64,000 nucleotides of DNA from Candidatus Spongiisociaceae bacterium (GCA_965219685.1 CBDCOH010000002.1:64001-128000), one strand, 5' to 3'; positions 30,444-41,510 are shown, counted from the first letter of the stretch. The notes: generated by a model from the sequence alone, not told the origin. Program-made: numbers and translations.

Positions 30444-30698
30444 CTAGAGAGCTGTGATCTTTGCCATTCGGCCTGTAGGCACACCGTTGGATATCGCCGG
30501 GATCCAGAAATGGTCGGGCAGGGTCGGGTCGGTGCGAACGATGCGGCCGCCTTCGAATGCGTAACCGTCGGGTAGCTGGCTGATCAGGTAGTCGCGGCCC
30601 CTCGCGAAGACATGGTCGTATGCGCCTGCGTCCGCTGCGTCGGACTCGCGGATCAGCCGAGCGTCGCGCTCTTCGCGGGTCTCAGTGCGGGTTACCAT
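30444..30698 (-). CDS. Small hypothetical protein (84 aa), paralog of the divergent ORF
   Basis: ET.EE..ARL...A..AGA.DH.F....PDGY...G...RTDP shared with the 30781 ORF. Confidence 0.6.
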   Translation of the reverse strand: MVTRTETREERDARLIRESDAADAGAYDHVFARGRDYLISQLPDGYAFEGGRIVRTDPTLPDHFWIPAISNGVPTGRMAKITAL

Positions 30699-30780
30699 CC
30701 TGCTCACATTGCCACCGTCAGGATCGGTCGTCAAAAACGGCACCTTGACATCTGCATGTAGCGGCGGCACGGTGGGGCCG

Positions 30781-31143
30781 ATGGCAACACTAGACACAGC
30801 CGAAGAGACCTAGGAGGAGATAGAAGCGCGGCTGGCCGAGGACGCCGTGGCCGCAGAAGCGGGCGCCCACGACCACATCTTCGAACCAATGTATGGCGAA
30901 CTGTTCCGCGAGATGCCGGACGGTTACATAATCGTGGAAGGCAGCTTCTTCCGCACCGACCCTTCCCGACCATTTCTATCTCATGGGAGCAACCGGCCAG
31001 CAGCTGAACGCTGTAGCGGCCTATCCACCCCCACCCGCCTTCCGGTAGCGCTGTCGCATAGGCCCCGACGGGTCCGTCCCGCATCGGCCAGACCCACGCA
31101 CGACCATGCAGCAGGTAGCTACCGCGCACTTCTCGGCCGGTGA
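30781..31143 (+). pseudogene. Paralog of the 30444-30698 protein with in-frame TAG at 30811
   Basis: MATLDTAEET*EEIEARLAEDAVAAEAGAHDHIF...PDGY...RTDP. Confidence 0.55.
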
Positions 31144-31218
31144 GAGGAGGAGACAGATTCCGGCTGCGGAGGAGACAGACCCGCGGAACCCCTACCATCA
31201 CCCCTGGTCGCGGGTGGT
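31070..31218. repeat. ~150-bp direct repeat, copy 1 (copy 2 at ~32966-33115); likely transposon end
   Basis: GGGTCCGTCCCGCATCGGCCAGACCC...GAGACAGATTCCGG...GGAGACAGACCCGC...CCCCTACCATYACCCCTGGTCG present in both copies. Confidence 0.8.
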
Positions 31219-31289
31219 TGAGGGGTGGGGTTGATGCGGCTGGTGGGGTGGTGTCGGAGGGTGGTGGACCGTCTGTGGTGGGGTTCCGG

Positions 31290-31655
31290 TTCTTGCGTCG
31301 GCGGGTTCGTCGGGTCTGTTTGAGGTTGTGGATGACGGCTGCCACGAGAACCGCGAGAGTGTGCACGGCGAGTCCGATTCCGAACATATGGCAGGATCCT
31401 GGGTCGAGGCTGCCGTCGTCTTTGATCATGCCGTTGACGCCTTCGACGGGGTTGCGGCCTGCGTAGTGCGTTGGACCTTGCCGTTGGGTTTCAGAACGAT
31501 GCCGGGGGGTATGTCGCCGGCGTCGATGTCGGTCTGATGTTCGTATTGGAGCGTGCGCGCCCAGGTTTCGTAGCCGGTCGGGCCGATGGTGATCTCGGTG
31601 ACGCTGCGGGCGACCCAGTTGGGGATCGAGGGTGCCAGGAGACGGTCGACCATTC
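31290..31655 (-). pseudogene. Transposase C-terminal fragment
   Basis: RNPVEGVNGMIK...AAVIHNL (R..VE..N..K DDE-type C-terminus). Confidence 0.45.
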
Positions 31656-31738
31656 CATTGGACGCCGAAGCGCTGGGTGTTCGAGACCCGCAAGACCCTG
31701 GCCATGCTCACCCGCTAGCCTTCTAAACTCTCCCCGAC

Positions 31739-32263
31739 ATGCGATTCCGCCACCGGCTACCCCGGAATTCCCTAGCAGTCCTCGCGGTCGTCGCCGTTCT
31801 GGCTGTGGGATCGGTGGCGTGTGGTTCCGACGAGGAAACGTCCTCCGGTATCACCCAGACCGGAGTCACCACAGCCACGGATCCCTCCACCGACACAACG
31901 GCCGGGCCCCGACCCGACCCGGTCGAAGACACCACTACCACGACCGGCGCGGCCGATCCGACCGCGCAGGACCGGCCGGCCTACGTCAACCATGTGGAAG
32001 TGCTCATCCTGGAGTCCTTCCCGCCGCTGGTGTCGGTGGCGATCGAAGGAGACCATCCCACACCCTGCCACGAGACCCTCACGGAGGTCACCGAGGACGG
32101 AAGCGACTACACAGTCATGGTCTGGAGCGTGGCCCCGGAGCCCGGCACCGTATGCGCCCAGGTGCTCGAGCCGTTCGAGGAGGTAGTACCGATCGGGAAC
32201 GGGTTCGAGCCCGGTGACTACACCGTGACGGTCAACGGGGACACCCATCCGTTCTCCATCTGA
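31739..32263 (+). CDS. Putative lipoprotein
   Basis: Signal peptide ending VAC, Thr-rich linker, small beta domain with C...CAQVL.PF. Confidence 0.8.
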   Translation: MRFRHRLPRNSLAVLAVVAVLAVGSVACGSDEETSSGITQTGVTTATDPSTDTTAGPRPDPVEDTTTTTGAADPTAQDRPAYVNHVEVLILESFPPLVSVAIEGDHPTPCHETLTEVTEDGSDYTVMVWSVAPEPGTVCAQVLEPFEEVVPIGNGFEPGDYTVTVNGDTHPFSI

Positions 32264-32965
32264 TCGCGCTCCGGTACGTCCCGCAAAAGGTCGTTGCGGG
32301 CGGACGGCGCCGCACCTGTCTGGTACGCAGCAGCCGGACACCGGCCGACCCAGCGCCCTCCCGCTTGACCGACAAACCGAAATCGAGCAGCTCGTGGGCG
32401 TCGCCCGCTGCAGAGTCGCCCACACGTTGAGCCCGGGACCGTATTTCCTGGTACATCCACTCCGGCAGCTCCCGTAACGCCGAGCGGGCGGTTCTACGCC
32501 GACCCCGTTCCGACTTGGGGATCTGGTTCACCGACAACCCGTCGTGGCGTGGGTTCTCACACGCCCGGAGAACCCGGTCATCGTCCTCTACCGGCTCGGT
32601 AGCGACCACCGTTGTGAACCGTTCCCAACCGTACGGTATCCGCGGGTTCGCTTCGCCTAGCTGGCCGGCCCGGTCGGTTACCTTCAACCCGGGCCAGCGA
32701 ACCAACGCCAAATCCCGCCGTCCGTTGTCTTGCCCGACATCAATGTGCAAGACAATCTTGCCGATTCCCGGAATGTGTGTCTCCGCCACGGGCGGCTTCG
32801 CAGCTACCAGTACGTAACGGGCCGTCGTTTTCGCCGCTTGTCGCCCTGTTCCTGAAGCAGCTTGTATACGTCGCCGCCCGGACGGATCGTTTCCGACGAC
32901 ACGACAGACGCCCGCCCGTCGCCGGAGTCCCCCTCCAACACGGTCCCCAACCGTCCCCTCCTGTC

Positions 32966-33115
32966 GGGTCCGTCCCGCATCGGCCAGACCCCACGCTCGA
33001 CCGTCCAGCAGGTGGTTACCGTCCGATTCTCAGTCAGCGAGAGGAAGAGACAGATTCCGGTTTCGGAGGAGACAGACCCGCCGGACCCCTACCATTACCC
33101 CTGGTCGGGGGTGGT
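32966..33115. repeat. ~150-bp direct repeat, copy 2
   Basis: See 31070-31218. Confidence 0.8.
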
Positions 33116-33456
33116 CGCGAAGACCCCACAACCGGCCGACTCCGGAGTTGGCCCCGGTCACGATGTAGATGTTCGCGGTCAGATCCTTGGCACGGGTTGC
33201 TCCCTCGAGCGATAGCTCTCGTCGCGGCGTAGGTGGTCCTCCTGCTGTTGGTTCAAGTTCTGTAGCTGGCTTGTCAGCCGGGCACGAGGTCGGGGTTCTC
33301 TGTTGTCAGTGGTCAACGTGGCCGAGCCGGTGGCAGGTCGTGCCGATGCTGTGTGGCAGGAGCGCGGGCCGGCGCCTGTGGAAAGTGCACCCGATCTGCC
33401 TCCGGTGACGATGTCGCTTCAGCCGCTCACGTCGATTTCGCACATCGTTGGGTCGC

Positions 33457-34467
33457 TCAGATGCCGGGGTTGACGCCGGTCATGTCGATCGAGAGGTCCC
33501 ACAGCCGTTTGGCGAGAGCGGGGTCCTTGCTCTTGTCGGTTGAGTCGACCTGTTTGGCCGGCCCCGATGTTTCGCCGAACCGGCTGGGGCCGAAGTACTG
33601 GCCGCCCTCGGCTCCTGGGGCAGTAGCACCGAGCAGGGTTGACCATGCACCGGTCTCGGCCGAATTGGCGACGGGCCGGAGCAGTGGCATCAGCAGGCGC
33701 GCGAGTCGTCCGTAGAAGCCGGTGAGGTAGCGGGGGAGCTCGGTGTCGGCGCCACCGGGATGGACCGCGACGGCGATTGTCGAGGAGCCCTTGGCGCGCA
33801 GTCGACGGTCGAGTTCGTACGTGTGGAGCAGGTTGGCCAGTTTGCTCTGGTAGTAGCGCCGTTGCGGTGAATACGACTGGTCGGCGTCGATGTCGTCGAA
33901 GTGGATCTCGCCTCGGCGGTGCCCGACGCTGGAGACGACAACGATGCGCGAGTCCGGGGTCGCTTCCAGTTTCGGGAGCAACAGTCCGGTCAGGGCGAAG
34001 TGTCCCAGGTGGTTGACGCCGAACTGGGACTCGAACCCGTGCTTGGTGAGTGTCTTGGGGTTCATCATGATGCCGGCGTTGTTGATGAGCACATCGAGTC
34101 TCGGTTCTTGGGCTACTACTTTTGCAGCCCGGCTGACGGCGGCCAGGTCGGCGAGATCCAGGTCGACGGGTACTGTGTCGGCGCTTGGGTGGGCGTCGGC
34201 GATCCGGGCCACGGCATCCTTGCCCCTTGTGGGGTTCCGGCAGCCGAGGAGGACCCGACCCTCCCTTGCCGGCGATGACTTGGCGGCTTCGAAGCCGATG
34301 CCAGTGTTGGCGCCGGTGATGAAGAATGAGGTTGACCCGCTGCCAGTCAACGTTGTGGTCCGGGAGGCAGCGAGCCGACTGTGTAGCGCGGGGTGCGAGT
34401 CCTCCCACGAAGACGACCCGCTCGTGCCAAGGGCCGAGATCGCCGATCGGCTACCTGGTCTCTTCAT
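33457..34467 (-). CDS. SDR oxidoreductase (retinol/protochlorophyllide reductase-like); 5' end possibly degraded
   Basis: TGANTGIG, NNAG, NHLGHF, YYQSK. Confidence 0.85.
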   Translation of the reverse strand: MKRPGSRSAISALGTSGSSSWEDSHPALHSRLAASRTTTLTGSGSTSFFITGANTGIGFEAAKSSPAREGRVLLGCRNPTRGKDAVARIADAHPSADTVPVDLDLADLAAVSRAAKVVAQEPRLDVLINNAGIMMNPKTLTKHGFESQFGVNHLGHFALTGLLLPKLEATPDSRIVVVSSVGHRRGEIHFDDIDADQSYSPQRRYYQSKLANLLHTYELDRRLRAKGSSTIAVAVHPGGADTELPRYLTGFYGRLARLLMPLLRPVANSAETGAWSTLLGATAPGAEGGQYFGPSRFGETSGPAKQVDSTDKSKDPALAKRLWDLSIDMTGVNPGI

Positions 34468-34675
34468 CCGTTTTGTGTGGCCAGCATCTTCCGTTCCCTC
34501 TTGAGCATGGGCCCCGGTGGGGGTTTGCCGTGCTCGCCTCTGTGGCTTCGTCGACGTTTGCGGTTCTCCTCGTATCCAGCGGCACTGTTCGGGTCTTGGT
34601 CTGCTTCGCCGTTCTGCCCTTTCGGGAGCGGGATCGACCCGGTTCTTTGCCTGGGAGGTCTGCGCAGGTGGGGAG

Positions 34676-35530
34676 CTAGCTCATGTCTGCGCCGTTGATG
34701 AATTGTGTGACAGCGGCTACAGCTTCGTTATGTAGGCGTGCCTTTCCCTCGGTGTCGTCGGGATCGGCTTGGAAGTTGGCGTAGAAGCGTGGTCCGTCGC
34801 GGTTCGTATTGTTGAAGCAGCGGCTGAGCAGTCGGAGTGCTTCGATCACCTGCGGTTCTTCCCTGACCGGGCTTGTGGCAGCGACCCGTCCGGCTGTGTG
34901 GGGTCCTCCGTTGGGGTAGTTCATCAGCGTGTAGATGAGGTCGTAGGCGTCTTTTTCATGGTGGCGATCTTGGAACGCGAGCGTCTTGAGCACGACATAG
35001 CTGAGTATCCCGGCGACTCGGAGACGGACTCTTGACAGGCCACCGTCCTCGAGACGTTCCGCCTCGAGTTCGTATTCGGAGTAGTCTCGAGCGACGAGTT
35101 GCGCGCCGATTACGTTGAACGCCCCGAATCCGGAGCCGGTGTCCTGCCGGGTGCGGTGGATCGTCCCGGCCCCGACCTGGTCGGTCTCACACAAGAACTC
35201 CACATATACGGGCGCTCCGTCAACGTTGCGGACCCACCGGTAGCTGGGTTGCGTCAACTCGAATCCTGACCTTCTCAGGTTTGTCCCGAGCTTCATGTAG
35301 GACTCGAAGTCCTCACCAACGGCTAGTTGGACGACGAGATCCACATCGGTCGTACCGACGTGAGGGCTCGCTCCGGGAGGCAGCGAGCCGACTATGTAGC
35401 GGGGGGCGAGTCCCCCCACGAGCACCAACCGCTCCCGCCATGGGCCGATGTTGCCGATCAGGGTTACCAGCGCTCTCTCGCATCGAAATGTGGCCGACTC
35501 GCTGTACTGATCATGGTGGTCCAGTCTCAT
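34676..35530 (-). CDS. Nucleotidyltransferase toxin (AbiEii-like, type IV TA)
   Basis: LVLVGG.....TTDVDL, K..A..DR..EKDAYD. Confidence 0.75.
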   Translation of the reverse strand: MRLDHHDQYSESATFRCERALVTLIGNIGPWRERLVLVGGLAPRYIVGSLPPGASPHVGTTDVDLVVQLAVGEDFESYMKLGTNLRRSGFELTQPSYRWVRNVDGAPVYVEFLCETDQVGAGTIHRTRQDTGSGFGAFNVIGAQLVARDYSEYELEAERLEDGGLSRVRLRVAGILSYVVLKTLAFQDRHHEKDAYDLIYTLMNYPNGGPHTAGRVAATSPVREEPQVIEALRLLSRCFNNTNRDGPRFYANFQADPDDTEGKARLHNEAVAAVTQFINGADMS

Positions 35531-36567
35531 CAGAACCCGATGACCTCACGACGTAGGTGGTCGCTCTGCTCGCGACCTCGGCGCGGATCGCGCCGCGTGT
35601 CCAAGTAGAGGCGGAACATGTTGACCGTCCAGAGACCTTCTATCTGGGTCCGGAACGCCAGCGGCCCATCGTCACGTTCCTGCAGGAAAACCACGTTCGG
35701 CCCTGAGTCCACCGGTGCCACCCCGAGCCGGGCACATACGACGCTCGGGTCGGCCGTGCTCTCCAGCCAGACATCGGCGACCGCAACGCTCGTAACGAAC
35801 GGAGCCAGCCGCGCCGCGGCGGCAGCGCCGGTGAGGGCGTAATCGACCCCAGCCGCCTCTAGGCCCTCGCACAGGCTTCCGATCAACTGATCGGTCGTCT
35901 GAGCCAGCATGAACACCCGTTGTCGGGTCGGGCGATCGATCTGCTCCTCAACCCAGAGGTCCAACAACGCTGCCGGGTTCGACAACCGGCGGGTCTTGGC
36001 AGGTCCGGCACCATGTACTTCGACGACACCCTCATCCTCAAGGCGTAGCAGCACCCTGTGCACTAGCCCGGCCGACACGGCGCACCGTTGTTTCAGGTCG
36101 CCAACCTGCCAGGACCTATCAACGTCACACAGCATGGCTTGGGCAACAAGACCGGACTTGCCTGACAGGCGCACCGGGACAGCCGCCCGGCGGACCGGCT
36201 TCCTGGAGGCGATCCGCACTAGCAGGCCAGGCAACTCCAACCGAACATTGCCCGACCCGTCGACCAGTCCGACACCGGCTTCTGTCAGGATCTCACGCGC
36301 TCTTGCGGTCGACTCGCCAGCAACCACCACGACCGGCATCGTCCGGCCGCGCGCCTGATGGGCGATCAGGTGAGCCGCGGCGCTGCTAAGCCGTGTCTTG
36401 ACCTCGACCGCGACCGGGACCTCGGTGTCGGCATAACGAACTGTGGCGTCCGTCCGGCAATCCTCTCGTTGGGCTACCGTCACCTCCAGTTCGGGAATCG
36501 ATCGCAATACGCGAATAGCCTCGGCTTCTAATCCCAGACCGTAATTCACTGTAATACGATTATTCAT
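35530..36567 (-). CDS. AbiEi-like transcriptional regulator/antitoxin (type IV TA)
   Basis: VEVK domain, wHTH, YALTG.AAA, LYLD...DPRRGREQ; TGATG coupling to the NTase. Confidence 0.75.
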   Translation of the reverse strand: MNNRITVNYGLGLEAEAIRVLRSIPELEVTVAQREDCRTDATVRYADTEVPVAVEVKTRLSSAAAHLIAHQARGRTMPVVVVAGESTARAREILTEAGVGLVDGSGNVRLELPGLLVRIASRKPVRRAAVPVRLSGKSGLVAQAMLCDVDRSWQVGDLKQRCAVSAGLVHRVLLRLEDEGVVEVHGAGPAKTRRLSNPAALLDLWVEEQIDRPTRQRVFMLAQTTDQLIGSLCEGLEAAGVDYALTGAAAAARLAPFVTSVAVADVWLESTADPSVVCARLGVAPVDSGPNVVFLQERDDGPLAFRTQIEGLWTVNMFRLYLDTRRDPRRGREQSDHLRREVIGF

Positions 36568-36774
36568 CGCATAGGTGAAACTAGCAGATTCTGTGAATAT
36601 ACCCAACTGTGACACGGGACAACGGAGTATTTGGACGAGATATTGCGGCTTTAGGAGTTCCTAGGGGTGTTAGTTGCCCTGGGTGGTGGGGTTGGTGAAG
36701 TCGTGCTTGCCGACCGCCGCCAGAGGTAGCGGACGGATTGACGCAGCTACCCCATACGTCGAGACCGCTGCTTC

Positions 36775-37270
36775 GGTGTCTTCACGTCGCTCGCTGGTTC
36801 ACTGAAGGCTCACCCTGGTACGGCGGGAACGCAACGGCGCCCACCAGACAGCGTCCCCCAATATACGAACCCGAACTGTTCCGAGCCCGGTTCACCCTCC
36901 TGCGGCGGGCGGTCCATCTCAGCGAAGGGCACCAGAAGCCTCTGGATCGGCTGTTCGACGCTCATCCCCGGCTCCGCATTGCTTGGGACGCGCTCCAGGA
37001 GTTCTACCAGATGTACGAGGCCGACGACCTGGAGCAGGCCCAGGCCCTCGGACGGTTCGCCGACCTCTACGCGACAGGCCAGACACGAATACCGAGAAGT
37101 GGTGGACACGATCATCGCGTGGGGGAGAAGAAATCCTGGCCTACCACCGCAGCAGACGAGCAACCAACGGACCCATCGAGGGGATCAGCAATTTGCTCCA
37201 GGTCCTACGCAGAGTCGCTCACGGGTTTACCAACACCGACAACTTCGCAGCCCGAGGAGTTCTCGTAACA
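36775..37270 (+). pseudogene. ISL3 transposase C-terminal fragment (frameshifted)
   Basis: HVARWFTEG...ATNGPIEGISN...RVAHGFTN. Confidence 0.85.
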
Positions 37271-39744
37271 CTCATACTGTGAGGGCTCCTCGGTCCGGGG
37301 CGGGTCTGACTCTTCTCGTAACTGGCCTCTGTGCCTTTGTCATGATCTGTCCACCACTTCCCCGGTCCGGGAGTTCCCGGATCGGGGAAGTGGTGGACCC
37401 CCATTAGGAGCGTCACCTCGAGGACCACGATCAGTTCCAAGCCGGCCTTACTCGGCGGTTTGCTCGGCGCCTCGTCCAGGATGCCAGGGTGATGTCGATT
37501 CGGGCGGCGTCCCGCCATCACGGGGTGGGATGGCATCGGATCATGCGCCTGGTGAGCGCCCACTCAGAGCAAGTGGCGAAGCGTCGCCGGGCCCGGCCCG
37601 TGCGGGTGTTGTTGGTGGACGAAACGTCGATCCGGCGCCGGCATCGTTATGTGACCGTGGTTGCTTGTGGCGACTCGGGCAAGGTCCTAGCCATGAGCGA
37701 GGATCGCACGAAAGGGTCTTTGAGCAGGTTCTTCCGTGATCAGGGACCGGGCTGGTGCCGGCAGGTGGAGATAGTCGTTTCTGACGGGTCCCGCTTATAT
37801 CAGGCGGCCATCGCCCAGTACTTGCCCGACGCCCGCCACGTCTTGGACGTTTTCATGTTGCGCGGGTGCGCCATGAGGCGCTTTGTTCACGAGTGAGGGT
37901 GCGAGACCCTTGCCGTGGGCTGTCACAGCAGTCCGCTGAAGCTGGGAGCAGTCCAGGTCTTGGGGGTGCAGGACCTTGGGCGGTAAGCAGCTCGGAGGAC
38001 GCCGGGACGGGTCGGCACCGTCAGACGGTCCGGGTCCGGCAAGCAAGACGAGAAGGTGTAACAACAGTAGTGAACCAGTGTCAGAACCTCCTTAAGCGTG
38101 GAACCGGCTCGAATCTGGCGGATGTGGGCCGGGCAGCAGTGCACGTCGTCTACTACTGGCGTGGACGGCGACTCCGTAACCGGCTGCGTGCGCCGGTGGG
38201 GAGGCTTTCCGGGAAGGTCTGTGGCGTACCGGAGAGCGAGGCTGCAGGAGAAAAGCTGGGCGTCTCCCTTGTCGAGCGGAACAAAGTGAACATGGGAACC
38301 GACCCGGGGTTGTCCCTCCCGCTGCGCTGCCAGTGCGGCGGAGGGCAGGTCCACCGCCGACCGATGGCGTCGGGTCGGGACGGAGCCTCCGTAGTAGGTG
38401 CGAGGTCGGGAAAGCCGGCCACACGGGGGAAGGGAGGCAGCGGGTCAGCAGCGGCGGGATTGGAATGCCAGGAGGCCGCCGGTGAATACCGGCGTTCTGT
38501 GGCCGACGTCTGAGGAGGCGTCGGTGCGGGTACTGGAGATCCAAACTAAGCTGCATCGTTGGGCATCTGACGATCCGGGTCGCCGTTTCGGTGATCTTTA
38601 CAACCTGGTGCACGATCCGGCCACTGTCGGGGTGGCGTGGGATCGTGTCCGCAGGAACCGAGGTGCCCGCACCGGTGGAGTGGACGGCCAGACCGCCCGC
38701 TCCATCGAGGCACGACACACCGTGACGGGCTTTTTGGAACAGCTTCGAGCCGATCTCAAGGCCCGAACGTTTCAACCGTTGCCCGTGCGGGAGCGGACCA
38801 TCCCGAAACGGAGCGGCAAGCTACGCCGCCTGGGGATACCGACCGTTCGGGACCGTGTCGTGCAAGCGGCAATGAAGGTGGTGTCAGAACCCTGTCTTTG
38901 GGGCGGACTTCCAGCCGTGTTCGTATGGGTTCCGACCCAACCGCCGGGCACAGGACGCCATCGCCGACATTTCACCACCACTGGTGCACCAGCTCTTATG
39001 AGTGGGTGCTGGAAGCGGACATCAAGGCATGTTCCCGACCAGACGGCGACCACACCGCTCTCATAGAGCGGATTCGGGGTCGGGTCTCGGACAAGAAGGT
39101 CTTGAGCCTGGTTAAGACGTTCCTCAAAGCCGGTATCCTCGGAGAGGACGGCGTTGATCGGGACACCTGGGCGGGAACCACTCAAGGCGGGATACTCTCA
39201 CCGCTGCTCGCCAACATCGCCCTCTCCGTCCTCGATGATCATTTCATCGACGTGTGGGCTGGGTTTGGTAAGAACGCCCAGGCTCGAAGCTATCGACGGT
39301 CCAAGGGTTTCGCCACCTACCGGCTGGTCCGCTACGCGGACCACTTCGTCGTGTTGGTGCTCGGCACCCGTGACGACGCCGAAGAGCGACGGGCGGAGGT
39401 CGCAGCGGTGTTGTCGGAGATCGGGCTGCGTCTGAACGACGACAAGACGAGAGTCGTTCACATCGACGACGGTTTCGACTTCCTTGGGTTCCGTATCAAA
39501 CGGGACCACAAACGAGGAAGCGGGAAGGCCTATATCTATACCTACCCCTCCAAGGAGTCGGTCGCCTCGATCAACAGGAGAAGAAAAGGCCATCGGTCGC
39601 CAGACCACCAGCCAAAGCCCCAAGACACCTACTACGGCAACTCAACCCGGTACTGAGTAGAGGCTGGACCAGCTACTTCCGGCACGGGGTGTCCCCAGAC
39701 CACCCTGCGGATACCTCCGTCACTACACATGGCGGAGAGTCATC

Positions 39745-40222
39745 GGGAAGCTCAACTTTGTCGCACCCAGGGCTTTTGGGCCGGAAGATTGGGGAAGGAA
39801 GGGAGAAGGAATTGTGAGTTTGGATGAGCCGGAGGGCCAGTATCGGGAGCGGGCTACCTTGTTTGAGCACCCGGAGGATGGCCTGTTGTTGAAGGTGGGT
39901 GGCAGGTTGAGGTTGACCCGCTTTGGTGGACACTCAGTCCACGAAAGCGGGTCAACCTCAATCACCACAGAATCTGTCGTCCAACTACAAGGGATCGCTG
40001 CTCGACTAGTCCAAGGGCAAGAGGCCATCCTTGGCAAGCTCTCCGAGCTAGGCGGCGACGTGGCAGCACTCCAACTAGACGCCGCCAAACTCCAAGCCGA
40101 ACTCACCGACCTTCGGGGATGGCTCGAAACTCGCTTCGACGGTGTGGACAAGGCGGTTAACGCCTTCCAGCAGCATCAGCACTAGCCCCTAACCCCCTGG
40201 GTGCGCTAGGTACGTAGCCTCC
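39745..40222. mobile_element. 478-bp non-autonomous element with 8-bp target duplication
   Basis: GAGTCATC duplicated at 39737-44 and 40223-30; imperfect TIRs GG..GCT...CGCACCCAGGG; the RT frame resumes (RRVI|TWLRHKH). Confidence 0.85.
39814..40185 (+). CDS. Passenger hypothetical protein (123 aa, C-terminal coiled coil)
   Basis: Fills most of the mini-element; purine-rich RBS; heptad pattern. Confidence 0.55.
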   Translation: MSLDEPEGQYRERATLFEHPEDGLLLKVGGRLRLTRFGGHSVHESGSTSITTESVVQLQGIAARLVQGQEAILGKLSELGGDVAALQLDAAKLQAELTDLRGWLETRFDGVDKAVNAFQQHQH

Positions 40223-41062
40223 GAGTCATCACCTGGCTACGGCACAAACACCCCCGAAGCAACTGGAAACAACTGAATCGCCGATACCTCGACACCGGAT
40301 GGTGGCCATCCGACGGGAACGTGGCGCTGTTCAACCCGGCCGATCGTCAACACACCCGATACCGCTACCACAGAACACGAATCCCCACCCCCTGGACCCA
40401 CCAACCGTCAACACCAACCGACCCGCGGAGAGCCGGATGCGGTGAAAGCCGCGCGTCCGGTTCGGAGGCGCGGACCGGGGAAACCGACCGATAGAAACAT
40501 CGGCACGGCGCCCCGGTCCGACCCTACTGGTTCACCGAAGGCTTGACCCTGGTACGCCGTGAACTGCAACGCCGCCCCCCAGAGCAGCGGCCCCCAACAT
40601 ACGAACCGGACCTGTTCCGAGCCCGGTTCACTCTCCTCCGGCGGGCGGATCATCTCACAGACGGGCATCAGAAGCATCTGGATCGCCTGTTCGAAGCTCA
40701 TCCACGGCTCCGCACCGCTTGGGAAGCGCTCCAGGAGCTCTACCAGCTGTACGAAGCCGACGACCTCGACGGCGCCAACCGGGCCCTCGGACGGTTCGCC
40801 GACCTCTACGCCACAGGCCAGATCCCCGAATACCACGACATCGTGGACACCATCATCGCATGGGGAGAAGAAATCCTCGCCTACCACACCAGTCGACGAG
40901 CAACCAACGGACCCATCGAAGGCATCAACAACCTGCTCCAAGTCCTACGCCGAGTCGCTCACGGCTTCACAAACAGCAACAACTACGCAGCCCGAGGAAT
41001 CCTCGTAACATGACCCCCACACCGACCACCAGAACAGCCCAATCCCACGTTTTCGCGAAGCC

Positions 41063-41510
41063 TCAAGAGGTTGTAGATCACCTGCACGGTGTCCACCAGT
41101 CCCGATTCCAACAGGGCAGCACCGAATCGGGCTCGTGATCGTTGGTGGACACCCCGAAGAAGCGGATCTTGCCCTCCTTCTTTAGCGCCGACACCGCGTA
41201 GAGTACGACGATGGCCGTTCCTGGGAAACATCCGACCGTTTCGACCAGGCGTACAGCATCACCGAAGTCGCCCAACTCGTATGGGACCTATACGACGCGC
41301 TGGAGCAGGTTCCGGGACAAGCCACCGACCAGGAAGCCACAGACACGATATCGGCCTGGATCAGCGCAACAGATTGGAAGACAGGTGTGAACGACTGGGA
41401 CCGGTTGCAGGTAGCCTGGTTCGGTGGTTACGCTCTCTGCGACCAGCACGCTAGCCTGCTCGAAGCATGGTCCGACGCAGACGCGCCACCACTGGACCTC
41501 GGGTAGCACA
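41063..41510 (-). pseudogene. Aldo/keto reductase fragment truncated by ISL3
   Basis: LKKEGKIRFFGVS.N...D.VQVIYNL across frames. Confidence 0.65.

Larger units (their letters stand above)
38482..40420 (+). pseudogene. ltrA: Group II intron reverse transcriptase/maturase (frameshifted, YADD changed to YADH, interrupted)
   Basis: GVDG, IPK..G.R.LGIPTVRDRVVQ, QGGILSPLLANI, RYADH, FDFLG, domain X GW..YF. Confidence 0.9.
37866..40527 (+). ncRNA. Group II intron
   Basis: 5' GTGCG; domain V GAGCCGGATGCGGTGAAAGCCGCGCGTCCGGTTC (40430-40463); domain VI ending CCCTAC. Removal rejoins transposase V-A-R|W-F-T-E-G. Confidence 0.92.
37405..41062 (+). mobile_element. ISL3 copy (5' truncated) interrupted by a group II intron
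   Basis: VLLVDETS...VVSDG...DARHVLD before the intron; WFTEG...TNGPIEGINN after it; right end CCCACGTTTTCGCGAAGCC. Confidence 0.9.

Noticed and set aside
30811-30813. Pyrrolysine or other recoding of the in-frame TAG
   Set aside because: No pyl machinery in the window, and TAG is used as a normal stop by many genes here.
38482-40420. RT as retron, DGR or defence RT
   Set aside because: It sits within clear group II intron boundaries, domain V is present, and it has a domain X maturase.
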